Counted from the first letter of the whole stretch, positions 38,504-48,266 are shown. The stretch: DNA of 60,617 nucleotides, filler included, from 5 parts of 5 records of this genome joined end to end with filler, not necessarily neighbours in it, one strand, 5' to 3'. Numbers and translations: made by a program. Notes: generated by a model from the sequence alone, not told the origin.

Positions 38504-41476
38504 ATGGTTCGCTTGTTCCTACCTTTTATAGCCCTCTCTTTTATATGTGCCGCCAATCTTTCGGCACAACCAATGCAGTCCAGTTTTCCATATTCTACGC
38601 CTACGCTACAGGCGATCGAAGGTGAGCCCGCCAAATTGGCGGCTGAACAGAAAGAAATTACCGAACGCATCAGCGTGCGTGACGGCCACTTTGTAAAACC
38701 CGACGGTGAACGCATTCGCTTTTTTGGCACCACCCTGTGGTTCTCAGGCGCTTATCCCGATAGTGCGGATGCGATTGACATGGCGCAGCAAATGCGCTCT
38801 TATGGAATTAATGCCGTTCGTTTTAACCTGCATGATTATTCAACGTGGGCGATCTCTACGTTTTTGGAGCCGAATGGAGAACGATTTGCGTTGAGCGAAC
38901 CGCAAATGGCACGGTTTGACTGGCTGATGTACCAGTTCAAACTCAATGGTATTTACGTCCACCTGCCGATACTATCACGACGCCAGGCCGGAAACAACGA
39001 TGCAGTGACACATACGGACTCCGTCCCCGCGCTGCAACGCGGCGTGATCTACTTTGATCCGGAACTGCGCGCTGCACAGAGAAGTGTGGTTCAGGCCCTC
39101 CTGGCGCACCGCAATCCGCATACGGGTGTGCAGTATAAAGATGAGCCGACGCTTGCCTTTATCGATTTACACGACAACAATTCGTTTTTCTGGGTTTGGC
39201 GCACCTATGGTTTTGAGCCAAACTCCTACGATCGTTTTTCCTATTTCCATTCGCGTATCCTGCATGGAATGTGGGCCGACTACCTGCGCGCCAAATACAA
39301 AACGGATGCGGCGCTCAATGCGGCCTGGTCGCGCAAAGCCAGCCGCACCGAGAATCTGGTCTCCGGCCCACGGTTTGAAGATCCATTTTCAACAGACTGG
39401 ACACTGACCTTTAGCAATGGAGCACAGGCGGCGCTGGATCCGTACGAGGGTGACAGCTTTGAAGGTGAATTGGCGCTACGCGTGCGAATCGGCAACTCCG
39501 GCGGCAACTTTGGCAATATACAGCTGCGCAACGTTTCAGTTGAACTGGAGCGCGACCGCGCCTATGAAATCAGCTTTATGGCCAAAACCGACGCGGCAGG
39601 CGGCAAACGCATCCGCATGTACCTGTCCAATCCGGCCACGCCATTCAACAATTATGGCGTAAATAATGTGCAGTTCAACCTGACCAATGAGTGGCAACGT
39701 CAGACCTATGTGTTCCGCGCAACGGATGACAATGAATTTGGTGCGCGGCTGCGAATTGACCTCGGTCAGTTTATGGGCGACCTGTTTATAGACGACTTTT
39801 CTGTGCGCATGCTGGATGAAGACGGATTACTTGAAGGTGAGGGCCTGCAGAATGATCAGATTGGACTCGTGGAATACAACCGCATGAGCAACTACGCCCT
39901 GCCACGCGTTCAGGAAAACATTGAATGGTTCAACACTCTGGTGCAGACACACTACGATGAACTGAATACTTTCATCAAGGAAACGATGGGCTGCGAAGCT
40001 CTGGTTTGTGGCAACAACACGTCCTACATGCTAAATGACTTGTACACGCAGCGCAATCTGGACTTCACTTCTTTGATTCAATCCTGGGACTATGTACGCA
40101 ACTCCGGTAATGCCGAGACCTGGTTCATTGGCAATACGGGCATGTTGGCCAATACAAATGGCGGCAACATAGCGTACACGGCCCGCAATGCCATGGCCGA
40201 TAAGCCAATGGTCCTTTCACAGCTGACGATGCCCTATCCTTCGATTCACATGAATGAGACGCTGACGCTGTGGCCGGCTTATTCAAGTTATCAGGACTTT
40301 GATGCGATTTACGTTGGTGTCTGGTCCGACAACCGCACAACGATGCACCTGGAAGAAATTCGCGAGCGCAGCTGGTGGGAAATCAGCCGCAATCCAGCAT
40401 ATCTGGCCATGATTCCGGCGGCGAGCAACGCGTTCCGCCACGGGTTGATTGCTCCGGCCGAAGCCGAAATTTTGATTGAGCAGACTCAATCGGCACTTGT
40501 ACGACCAACACGCCAGTTCAGCAATTACTTGCTGGAGAGTTCAACGGATAATCGTCTGCCGCTGTTCCGCAAAACACGCCTGGCGAGTTTTAACTCCGAG
40601 TTTCAGACCTCCTTTCCGCAACGCGACATTTTTGAACTTTCGACCGGCGACGGCGTCAACACGTCCGCGCTGGAAAGTGATACGGAAGAGATTCTGTGGA
40701 ATGCTGACGAGGCCTATATCTCCGTCAGCACCGAACGCTACAAAATGGTGAGCGGTGATTGGGACGGCGAGCTGCTGGAACTGGACATGGTAACGGTCAA
40801 CAGGATTGACAATGCGCCGGTAGGCAGCATCAGCTGGATCAGTATGAGTGAAGATGCGATTGAAGACGCCGATGAGTCGCTTATCACAATTTCTTCGCGC
40901 GCGCAGAATACCGACGCCGTCTGGCGTGTGCGCCCCGACGTCGGCTCGGACCTGAGCGGCGGCTGGGGAACGGCTCCTACGGTTGTAGAAGCATTAAATG
41001 TAGAGTTTGTGCTGGAGAGTGAGCGCGATACATTGATATACACGCCGCTGGATACAATGGGTAATGCAGCCGGTGATCCAGTTGTGCTGGAGAGCCGCGG
41101 TGGATTTTTCCGCTTTCAGCTGGATCAGGCCGACTTCAATTCGCTGTGGTTCCGCGTTGAGCTGCGCGACGAAAAAGTTGTAACCGTGGATGTGAATGAA
41201 AATACTGACGCAGCCGCACTGACGCTCTCAGCGCCCTACCCAAATCCCGGTGCTAATTTCAGCCAGGTAGCGGTGCATGGCTCCGGCAGCGGACATGCGA
41301 TGCAGCTGCAAATTGTCTCGACGCTGGGAGTCAGCACAACGGTCTGGCGCGGACGTGATACAGGTGTAAGTGACCTGATAAATCTGAACCTGCGCGAGTT
41401 TAGCGCGGGTGCATACCGGATTGTGCTGCAGTGTGGCGAGCAACGCACTGAACAGATGCTGATCGTCAATAAGTAA
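38504..41476 (+). CDS. Secreted clan GH-A (GH5-like) protein with CBM4/9-like domain and T9SS-type CTD, paralog 2
   Basis: Colinear with paralog 1: RIRFFGT, GINAVRF, HRNPHTGVQYKDEP, YSSYQDFD, CTD starting YPNP and ending AGAYRIVL...LIVNK. Confidence 0.75.
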   Translation: MVRLFLPFIALSFICAANLSAQPMQSSFPYSTPTLQAIEGEPAKLAAEQKEITERISVRDGHFVKPDGERIRFFGTTLWFSGAYPDSADAIDMAQQMRSYGINAVRFNLHDYSTWAISTFLEPNGERFALSEPQMARFDWLMYQFKLNGIYVHLPILSRRQAGNNDAVTHTDSVPALQRGVIYFDPELRAAQRSVVQALLAHRNPHTGVQYKDEPTLAFIDLHDNNSFFWVWRTYGFEPNSYDRFSYFHSRILHGMWADYLRAKYKTDAALNAAWSRKASRTENLVSGPRFEDPFSTDWTLTFSNGAQAALDPYEGDSFEGELALRVRIGNSGGNFGNIQLRNVSVELERDRAYEISFMAKTDAAGGKRIRMYLSNPATPFNNYGVNNVQFNLTNEWQRQTYVFRATDDNEFGARLRIDLGQFMGDLFIDDFSVRMLDEDGLLEGEGLQNDQIGLVEYNRMSNYALPRVQENIEWFNTLVQTHYDELNTFIKETMGCEALVCGNNTSYMLNDLYTQRNLDFTSLIQSWDYVRNSGNAETWFIGNTGMLANTNGGNIAYTARNAMADKPMVLSQLTMPYPSIHMNETLTLWPAYSSYQDFDAIYVGVWSDNRTTMHLEEIRERSWWEISRNPAYLAMIPAASNAFRHGLIAPAEAEILIEQTQSALVRPTRQFSNYLLESSTDNRLPLFRKTRLASFNSEFQTSFPQRDIFELSTGDGVNTSALESDTEEILWNADEAYISVSTERYKMVSGDWDGELLELDMVTVNRIDNAPVGSISWISMSEDAIEDADESLITISSRAQNTDAVWRVRPDVGSDLSGGWGTAPTVVEALNVEFVLESERDTLIYTPLDTMGNAAGDPVVLESRGGFFRFQLDQADFNSLWFRVELRDEKVVTVDVNENTDAAALTLSAPYPNPGANFSQVAVHGSGSGHAMQLQIVSTLGVSTTVWRGRDTGVSDLINLNLREFSAGAYRIVLQCGEQRTEQMLIVNK

Positions 41477-41500
41477 GGCGAGAGCCGGGCTGAAATGCAG

Positions 41501-41534
41501 GCACCCCAAAAAAAATTCACTTTTTTTGGGGTGC
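41501..41534. terminator. Inverted repeat after paralog 2
   Basis: GCACCCCAAAAAAA ... TTTTTTTGGGGTGC perfect 14-bp stem. Confidence 0.6.
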
Positions 41535-41874
41535 TTAAAAAAATTGTGTGACCCGCAGCGGCGTGAAAGCCGACTGAAACTGTGACGGAGAGGGCTGTAA
41601 ACAGCACTTAAATCGTTTAATCTTGAAGCGTAGCGGCGTTTTTGGCCCCGGCCCAGCAGGGCCGCCGCCTCACGCCCAAACGCTGCAGATGCATCGGCAG
41701 GCTCAAAAACTGCAAGCTGTGAGATTTGTGGCAAACTGCAGTGCTGGAAGCTGACGGCACAAGAACTAACAAAAACATCATTCCCCTTACCGAAAGGTAA
41801 AAGGGGCGAATTTTGACTCGTGACCTTTGCGAGCATGCTGTGTCGATACGCACAGTCGGAAACAAAGAGGCTGG

Positions 41875-42441
41875 ATGAAGCGGAAGTACAGTCAACATAC
41901 TGACCTGGAACTCTTCAATACGTTGAAAGAGAACAAGCACGTCTCCGAATTGGCGTTCGGGGAGTTGTATGCGCGTTACAATCAACGTATCTATGCCTAT
42001 TGTTTGCGCGTTACGGGCAGCCCAGATGAGGCTCGTGACATTTTTCAGGACACCTTCCTGAAATTTTACAAAAGTGCCAAGAGTGACCGGCAAGTGACAA
42101 ACGTGCCTGGTTACCTCCTTACGATAGCGCGTAACCTCTGCCTCAATTTTAAGCGCGATCGCAAGGACACAGTGGCATTTGAGGACTACCATAAATCGTA
42201 TCGCAACGATGGGTCCTATGAAAAGCGTGAGTATCTGGAGCTCATAAGAACCGCGCTTGAACTCCTGGACAAAGACCACAAAGAAGCCTTTATACTACGG
42301 GAATATCAAGGCATGTCCTATGCGGAAATTTCGGATATAACCGGAGTGAGCGTTTCCGCACTAAAAAATCGGGTCTGGCGCGCCAAAGAGAAGATCAAAA
42401 AGATCTTGTCGCGCTATGTTACCGAAGTATCCAAACTTTAA
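41875..42441 (+). CDS. ECF sigma-70 factor
   Basis: AFGELYARY, ARDIFQDTFL, YLLTIARNLCLN, FILREYQGMSYAEI, KNRVWRAK. Confidence 0.93.
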   Translation: MKRKYSQHTDLELFNTLKENKHVSELAFGELYARYNQRIYAYCLRVTGSPDEARDIFQDTFLKFYKSAKSDRQVTNVPGYLLTIARNLCLNFKRDRKDTVAFEDYHKSYRNDGSYEKREYLELIRTALELLDKDHKEAFILREYQGMSYAEISDITGVSVSALKNRVWRAKEKIKKILSRYVTEVSKL

Positions 42442-42458
42442 CTGAGTGATCCCGAGTA

Positions 42459-44051
42459 ATGTCCTACTCTGATTTAATACATCGCTATTTCGAAGGTGAG
42501 CTGGAGGGCGAAGACTACCTGGAGGCAGCGCTCTTTAACGAGTTGCACAACAACCCGGATGCCCGCCAAGACTTTCGAGATATGTTGCAAATCCGATCGC
42601 TGTGCCAGGAAGACATGGTCAGCATCACTACACCATCGGACTGCACCACCTCTGTTTTTGCCCAATTGGGTTTTCAGATGCCAACGGCCGCACAACAAAG
42701 TGCAGTTGCCGCCGCGGCCGGAGTCGCAGCCGGAGCAGCCTCAGGTGCTGCACGTTTTGCCGGAATGCGCCGCTTTGGTTCGTACATTCTGACGGCCGCA
42801 CTGGCCTCCGCAGTCACTGCAGCTACGTTTATGTATCTGCAGACTGATGAAGACGGAGCAGCGACCGCCGGTACACTGCAGAACGGCGAAGGCCTGGCAC
42901 TGAATGGAGCATCGTCAGATGCTGGAAGATCCAATGGCAATCGTACTTCCGGGCAGAATGCCGACATGGCGGTTCCCGTCTCGGCGTCATACAGCCAGGA
43001 AGCTAACAATGAGTTGGAGCGTGAGCGGCAAATGGCGCAGGCCAATGCCGGCGCTACCGATGGTCAACAATTTGCAGCGAATACATCAAACGAATTTTCG
43101 AGCAATCAGACAACACTGCAGGGCAACGCGGCGCAATTGCGTTCGTCCGGCAGCTCAGATGTTCAGGTTTCTACAGCTGGCAACCAGCCGCACTCCCCTA
43201 TAGCATCTAATGGTTTGCATTACTCACCCGAAGCCAACAACAACGGACTTTCCAACGGCAATGGCGGCGCAGCTATCACACCCGATGCTGCGAATGCTGA
43301 TGCCACACTGACTTCCAATGGGACCGTCAACAACGGTACGACCAGCACCAATGGCAATAGCGCCGAAACACAAGACGACGGTAATGCCAACTCCGCGGCA
43401 CCGCTGGGCGTAGTGATTTCTTCGGCAACTTCATTGGATGATTTCCCACCACTGAATGGTCCCGTGGGAATTACGCGCAATGCACCCGAGGCACAAACGC
43501 CAATTGGCGTGAGTCTCTCGATTCTGGAAAGTAAGCTGCTCAGCGTCAGCTTCCGCCGCATTGCTTCCAGCACTAATTTTGCACCGGACGTAGTTGAGGA
43601 GGCATCGGGCAATACGATGTTACTTAACAATGCGATTGGTGTGAATTACAGGTTGGACCAGTTTAATACAGTCGGTGTGGAATTTGGCCAGGAAATCTAC
43701 GGGCAGGAATTCGCCACAGACTTCCGCGGTCAGTCCGGCGTTGAATATCAGCAGCGCCCGGCACTCTACTGGATTGGTGTTAACCATCGCTACGATTTTA
43801 ACGCCTTCCTGGAGCTTCCCGAAGACCTGCGTCTGTTTGAGCAGTCGCTGATTGGTGTTCACAATGCCGGCGCTTTTGGTGCATTTACCGGCGGCATGAT
43901 GCGCACGATGTTGGGCGCAGAATACACCGTTTTGGATCGCGTTACAATCAGCGCAGCACTGGAAGTAAGTGGCATCAGCTACAGTACGGCCAGCGCTACG
44001 GAATTCAGCTACAATACCGGCTTCACCTATGGCGTTGCCTACAAGTTCTAA
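42459..44051 (+). CDS. Putative anti-sigma factor with TM helix, long disordered linker and C-terminal OM beta-barrel
   Basis: N-terminal DLIHRYFEGEL helical domain, one TM (YILTAALASAVTAATFMYL), N/G/S/A/T-rich linker, amphipathic strands ending GVAYKF; 17 bp after the ECF gene. Confidence 0.65.
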   Translation: MSYSDLIHRYFEGELEGEDYLEAALFNELHNNPDARQDFRDMLQIRSLCQEDMVSITTPSDCTTSVFAQLGFQMPTAAQQSAVAAAAGVAAGAASGAARFAGMRRFGSYILTAALASAVTAATFMYLQTDEDGAATAGTLQNGEGLALNGASSDAGRSNGNRTSGQNADMAVPVSASYSQEANNELERERQMAQANAGATDGQQFAANTSNEFSSNQTTLQGNAAQLRSSGSSDVQVSTAGNQPHSPIASNGLHYSPEANNNGLSNGNGGAAITPDAANADATLTSNGTVNNGTTSTNGNSAETQDDGNANSAAPLGVVISSATSLDDFPPLNGPVGITRNAPEAQTPIGVSLSILESKLLSVSFRRIASSTNFAPDVVEEASGNTMLLNNAIGVNYRLDQFNTVGVEFGQEIYGQEFATDFRGQSGVEYQQRPALYWIGVNHRYDFNAFLELPEDLRLFEQSLIGVHNAGAFGAFTGGMMRTMLGAEYTVLDRVTISAALEVSGISYSTASATEFSYNTGFTYGVAYKF

Positions 44052-44097
44052 GTGTGGATTCAAGCGTAAGATCAGCCGCCTGCAGCAGCGGGCGGCG

Positions 44098-44736
44098 ATG
44101 TTTTACATCTGTTTAACTGCGGGCTGTGGCCTGCTGTTAAGTGGCTGTGAGAATGCCGAGAATATTAACACACCGCAGCTTATCGACGATCCATTTATCA
44201 TTGACAATGTGGCCTTCAGCGGAGTATTGTTTAAGCTGGAGCAGCCCGACGACCCCAGTTCCGACAGGGTGTTTAACTTAAACCTGCAGCTGGAGCAGGA
44301 AGCCACCATTGACACGTCGGTAACACCACCGCTTGTTAAACTCACGATTCATCATCGGCGCTCCCCAGGATCTTTACTCGACGCCGGCGACTCACTGGCG
44401 CGCTATTGGCTGGACGAATTCCGTTTAACAACTGATTTTATGGCGGCGGACGGCATTGAGGTTACGAGCCAGGGCAATTCAGGCACTTCGGCCACACGGG
44501 AGCTGCCGTATATTTGTGAGTTGATCGACTGGAAACAGGAGCGCAGCTACAAGGTTGACTCCGGCGAGGGTGCAGTGCCGAGCACTTTGCGGATGACGAT
44601 GGAAGACTTCCGCGGCGACATGGGCGGCCAGGACATCACCCGATTGATTATTGTTAACACTGAAGTTGAGACGACGGTTAACAACCAGCGCGTAAAGATT
44701 AACGGCAAGTTTGAGATTGACTACGCGCGCAAGTAA
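44098..44736 (+). CDS. Putative lipoprotein of unknown function
   Basis: Hydrophobic leader with LSGC lipobox; start uncertain. Confidence 0.6.
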   Translation: MFYICLTAGCGLLLSGCENAENINTPQLIDDPFIIDNVAFSGVLFKLEQPDDPSSDRVFNLNLQLEQEATIDTSVTPPLVKLTIHHRRSPGSLLDAGDSLARYWLDEFRLTTDFMAADGIEVTSQGNSGTSATRELPYICELIDWKQERSYKVDSGEGAVPSTLRMTMEDFRGDMGGQDITRLIIVNTEVETTVNNQRVKINGKFEIDYARK

Positions 44737-45061
44737 ACATATAAGATTTACCTTCTGGTTTCCCCATCTTAACACATTGCACAGACTTTAGCCTTGGGCT
44801 TGTTTAACGGCAGGTTGAGCGCTTTGAGTCCTGGTCTTAGCTGCGCTTGCGTCTGCGGCCTCAGGCTTTATGATTTTTTTGTTTGGCGCTGGGTTATGGT
44901 GCTGGAGGTTTTGGGGTTTTCTGGGGTCTTTGGGATCAACGGCTGGATTCCGGATGGCAGAATCTGACTTGGGAGTTGGAGGATTGGGGCTGAAGGGATT
45001 TTGTTTTTTTTTGGAGTGGATGTTATCTGAGAATCTCGGGATTTTGGTCTTCAAGACAACA

Positions 45062-45086
45062 GGGTCGAGCCCTAAGGGCTCGACCC
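45062..45086. repeat. REP-like perfect hairpin, family R2, copy B (at contig end)
   Basis: GGGTCGAGCCC-TAA-GGGCTCGACCC. Confidence 0.75.
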
Positions 45087-45186
45087 NNNNNNNNNNNNNN
45101 NNNNNNNNNNNNNNNNNNNNNNNNNNNNNNTTAATTAATTAANNNNNNNNNNNNNNNNNNNNNNNNNNNNNNNNNNNNNNNNNNNN
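45087..45186. other. Artificial contig linker
   Basis: N run, TTAATTAATTAA, N run. Confidence 0.99.
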
Positions 45187-45332
45187 GAGTTTGATCCGAG
45201 AAAGTGATCTAAGAGTGTAATCTAATAATGTGATCGTAATTCAGCAGGTCGGGAAGAACGAGAATGAAGCGCCTGCGCAGCTACCAGCCACACAGGCATT
45301 CCAAATTCGCAGGCTTGTCGAGTATGCAGACA

Positions 45333-46736
45333 TCAAACGGGGAAGATCAAGGTGAAGGTTGATCCTTTGCCGGGTTCACTCTCTACACTAACTGAACCTT
45401 TATACATTTCCATAACGTGTTTGACAATTGCCAGTCCCAGTCCACTGCCACCAAGTTCACGTGAACGCGCTTTGTCGACCCGATAAAAGCGCTCAAAAAT
45501 GCGACCCAGGTCATCCTGTTTAATACCGCGTCCAGTATCAACCACGCGCAAAATGCATTTGCCTTCATTCAAAAATGTGTGAACCGTGACTGAGCCTTTT
45601 TCAGTGTACTTGACGGCATTGTCCATCAGATTGATAATCGCTTTGTCCAGATGGTAGGTGTCAACCAGCAAGCGGAAATCTGTCGGCAACTGATTCTCAT
45701 AATGCAGAGCGAGTCCTTTGTCGCGCGCCTTACGAGAGAAGTCTTCCAGGAGGTTGCGGATGTAGTCTTCGAGGCGGATATAACGTTCATCACGGCTTTG
45801 CTGGTACGATTCCAGCCGTGAGAGATCCAGCATGTCATTAACAATAATCTCAAGTCTCTCTACATTGGACAGCGCGCGATCCAGAAAACGGCGGTTAACC
45901 TGTTTGTTCTCCAGCGCGCCATCCAGCAGTGTCTCCACGTAACCCTTGATGGCGCTGACCGGTGTTTTTAACTCATGTGAGGCATTCGCGATGAAGTCTC
46001 TGCGGACCTCCTGAACACGCTCATACTGCTCAATATTGGAGCGAAGTTTTTCACCCATTGACTTAATCGCACGGCCAAGCTCACCAATCTCATTGCGTTG
46101 ATTAACATCTGGTGAAACCGAGTAATTGCCGTCGGCTATCCGTTTGGTCATGCCGATCAGGTGTGCGATTGGTCGCGTTAAATAACGTGCCAGATTAAGA
46201 ATGGACAGGAGGGCGATCAGCGACGAAACTACGGCGGCAATTACGAGAATAAAACGAATCTTCAGAACGTTGTCATCTATAAACTCCAAGTCATGCGCTA
46301 TGCGAATGATAGTTCCGCTGGGAGCATTATAGGCCGTATACAACAGATTGCTTTGAATTGTCTGACTATAACGACTAGAGGTACCGAAGCGGTCCTCACT
46401 GCGCAAGGCTTCGATCACCTCTTCGCGATTGATGTGGTTTTCCAAAGGTGTCTCGGTGACGTCAACACGCGTATCAGAAAGCACATTACCAATGCTGTCA
46501 ATCAGTGTGACGCGCGCGCCGACGTAGTCTGCAAGACGCATTACCAGCGCGTGTGAGTCTCCGGGGTGATCAACCAAAGACTCATCAATTAGCTGACACT
46601 GTGTTTTCATGTTCTCAATCAACTGCTCCTGCATATTCTCCTGAAGCAGATTTTCCGCCGTCAGGAGCAGGACCAAAGAACAGACAACATATAAACCAAT
46701 GAAAACGATCGAAAGCTGGTAATGGACTTTGCGCAT
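45333..46736 (-). CDS. Sensor histidine kinase, PhoR-like (sCache, HAMP, HisKA, HATPase)
   Basis: RVTLID..G.VLSD...ENHINREEV...RYSQT, HAMP, DFIANASHELKTP, NAVKY, RIFERFYRVDKARSR..GGSGLGL. Confidence 0.92.
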   Translation of the reverse strand: MRKVHYQLSIVFIGLYVVCSLVLLLTAENLLQENMQEQLIENMKTQCQLIDESLVDHPGDSHALVMRLADYVGARVTLIDSIGNVLSDTRVDVTETPLENHINREEVIEALRSEDRFGTSSRYSQTIQSNLLYTAYNAPSGTIIRIAHDLEFIDDNVLKIRFILVIAAVVSSLIALLSILNLARYLTRPIAHLIGMTKRIADGNYSVSPDVNQRNEIGELGRAIKSMGEKLRSNIEQYERVQEVRRDFIANASHELKTPVSAIKGYVETLLDGALENKQVNRRFLDRALSNVERLEIIVNDMLDLSRLESYQQSRDERYIRLEDYIRNLLEDFSRKARDKGLALHYENQLPTDFRLLVDTYHLDKAIINLMDNAVKYTEKGSVTVHTFLNEGKCILRVVDTGRGIKQDDLGRIFERFYRVDKARSRELGGSGLGLAIVKHVMEMYKGSVSVESEPGKGSTFTLIFPV

Positions 46737-47444
46737 TTAGTCTATGGACTGGACAAATTTGTAGCCGACGCCCTGCACAGTCTGAATGTGCTTTGAAAAG
46801 GCGTTGAGTTTCTTGCGGATTTTTGTGACGTGAACGTCTACCGTACGTTCAATTTGGTAAGCGTCCTCACCCCATACATTATATAGTAGATCCTTGCGGG
46901 AAAATACAATGCCAGGACGTTTCATCAGAAAATACAACAAATCGAACTCTTTGGGCAGAAGTTTGATTTCAACTTCGGCTACTTTGACTGTATAGCTGAG
47001 GCGGTCAATCTCAACTTCACCAATCTTAATGATCTCTTTATCTGCGCCGCGGAACTTGTTGAGACGTTCCTTCTGGCGGAAAATAGCACGAACTTTGGCT
47101 GTAATGACGCGTGGGCTAAAAGGTTTGGTCAGGTAATCGTCGGCACCCAGTTCCAGGCCCAGGACTTCATCAACTTCTTCTGACTTGGCGGACAAAAACA
47201 CGACGGAGGCGTTTTTTAGTTTTGAGTTCTGGCGCAGTGCCTTGCAGACTTCATAGCCATCAAAACCCGGCATCATAATGTCCAGCAGAATGACTTCAGG
47301 CGTGACGCGGTCTGCGATCGTCAAGGCATCTTTGCCATTATCGGCTGTATAGACTGTATAACCTTCATTTCCCAGATTGTATGAGAGGATTTCAAGAATG
47401 TCGCGCTCATCATCTACGCAAAGTATGATTTTGTCCTTTTTCAC
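46737..47444 (-). CDS. OmpR/PhoB-family response regulator
   Basis: CVDDE, LLDIMMP, GADDYLTKPF, RTVDVHV, TVQGVGY. Confidence 0.95.
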   Translation of the reverse strand: MKKDKIILCVDDERDILEILSYNLGNEGYTVYTADNGKDALTIADRVTPEVILLDIMMPGFDGYEVCKALRQNSKLKNASVVFLSAKSEEVDEVLGLELGADDYLTKPFSPRVITAKVRAIFRQKERLNKFRGADKEIIKIGEVEIDRLSYTVKVAEVEIKLLPKEFDLLYFLMKRPGIVFSRKDLLYNVWGEDAYQIERTVDVHVTKIRKKLNAFSKHIQTVQGVGYKFVQSID

Positions 47445-47571
47445 GACTGCTGCACTCCCACATAAGTAGTCTGTTCTGAGCTGAGCTCGATCGGCTTAAG
47501 CCAATTTCGAACTCTGAAGAAACGCACTGTAAACGCAAAGTCGTTGTCGTTCTGCTGCAAAAATATGTTCT

Positions 47572-47615
47572 TTATGCAAAACTCATGTTGCCCTCATGTT
47601 AACTTCATGTAAAAT
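47572..47615 (-). promoter_or_regulatory. 11-bp-period direct repeats (putative PhoP/PhoB-type box)
   Basis: TCATGT at 47583, 47594 and 47605, plus TTATGC at 47572, upstream of the regulator. Confidence 0.6.
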
Positions 47616-47628
47616 GCGCCAAAATGCA

Positions 47629-47661
47629 AACGGCGTGTTCCCAGTTAGGGAACACGCCGTT
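47629..47661 (-). terminator. Terminator hairpin after the PfpI gene
   Basis: AACGGCGTGTTCCC-agtta-GGGAACACGCCGTT perfect 14-bp stem. Confidence 0.75.
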
Positions 47662-47699
47662 GAATTCCACCCAAAACAGGGTCTTGTTGTCGCGCCGTT

Positions 47700-48266
47700 T
47701 TAGGCTGTGCGATTCCGTTTGTGGATTCCTTCGCGGAATTCCTCGACCATTTTGGCGTTAAACGCATCCAAATCTCCAGGACTGCGTGAGGTGACGAGCC
47801 CTTGGTCAACAACAACTTCCATGTCTACCCAGCGTGCACCCGCATTCTTTAGGTCAGACTTGATCGAGTCGAACGAGGTGACTTCGCGGCCCTGCAAAGA
47901 GTCAGTTTCAATCAACAGGGAAGGGGCGTGACAAATGGCTGCGATGGGTTTGCCTTCCTCAATAAACTTGCGTGCAAAGGTGACGGCTTTTTCGTCACGC
48001 CGCAAATTGTCTGGATTCATAATACCGCCGGGTAACAGCAGGGCATCGTATTCACTTGAGTCGACTTCACTGAGAGCCTTATCGACCGAGAACTCACGGC
48101 CCCAGTCATTTTCACGCCAGGCGCGGACACTGCCATCCTTGCTTGAAACGATGTGAGTTAATGCTCCATTTTCATCGAGCGCCAGGCGCGGGCCTTCAAG
48201 TTCAGACTGTTCAAAACCATCTGTTACGAGAATCGCGACTTTTTTTCCTTCTAATTGCTTATTCAT
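47700..48266 (-). CDS. DJ-1/PfpI family protein (YhbO-like)
   Basis: DGFEQSE, LLLPGG..NPD.LR, AAICHAP, LVTSRSPGDL. Confidence 0.93.
   Translation of the reverse strand: MNKQLEGKKVAILVTDGFEQSELEGPRLALDENGALTHIVSSKDGSVRAWRENDWGREFSVDKALSEVDSSEYDALLLPGGIMNPDNLRRDEKAVTFARKFIEEGKPIAAICHAPSLLIETDSLQGREVTSFDSIKSDLKNAGARWVDMEVVVDQGLVTSRSPGDLDAFNAKMVEEFREGIHKRNRTA

Noticed and set aside
41729-41806. c-di-GMP-I riboswitch-like words (GGCAAAC...GACG...TTACCGA) upstream of the ECF gene
   Set aside because: The required paired stems cannot form; only a simple TTACC-GAAA-GGTAA hairpin is present.
45187-45197. GAGTTTGATCC resembles the 16S rRNA 5' end (27F primer site)
   Set aside because: It continues GAGAAAG rather than TGGCTCAG, and no rRNA sequence follows.
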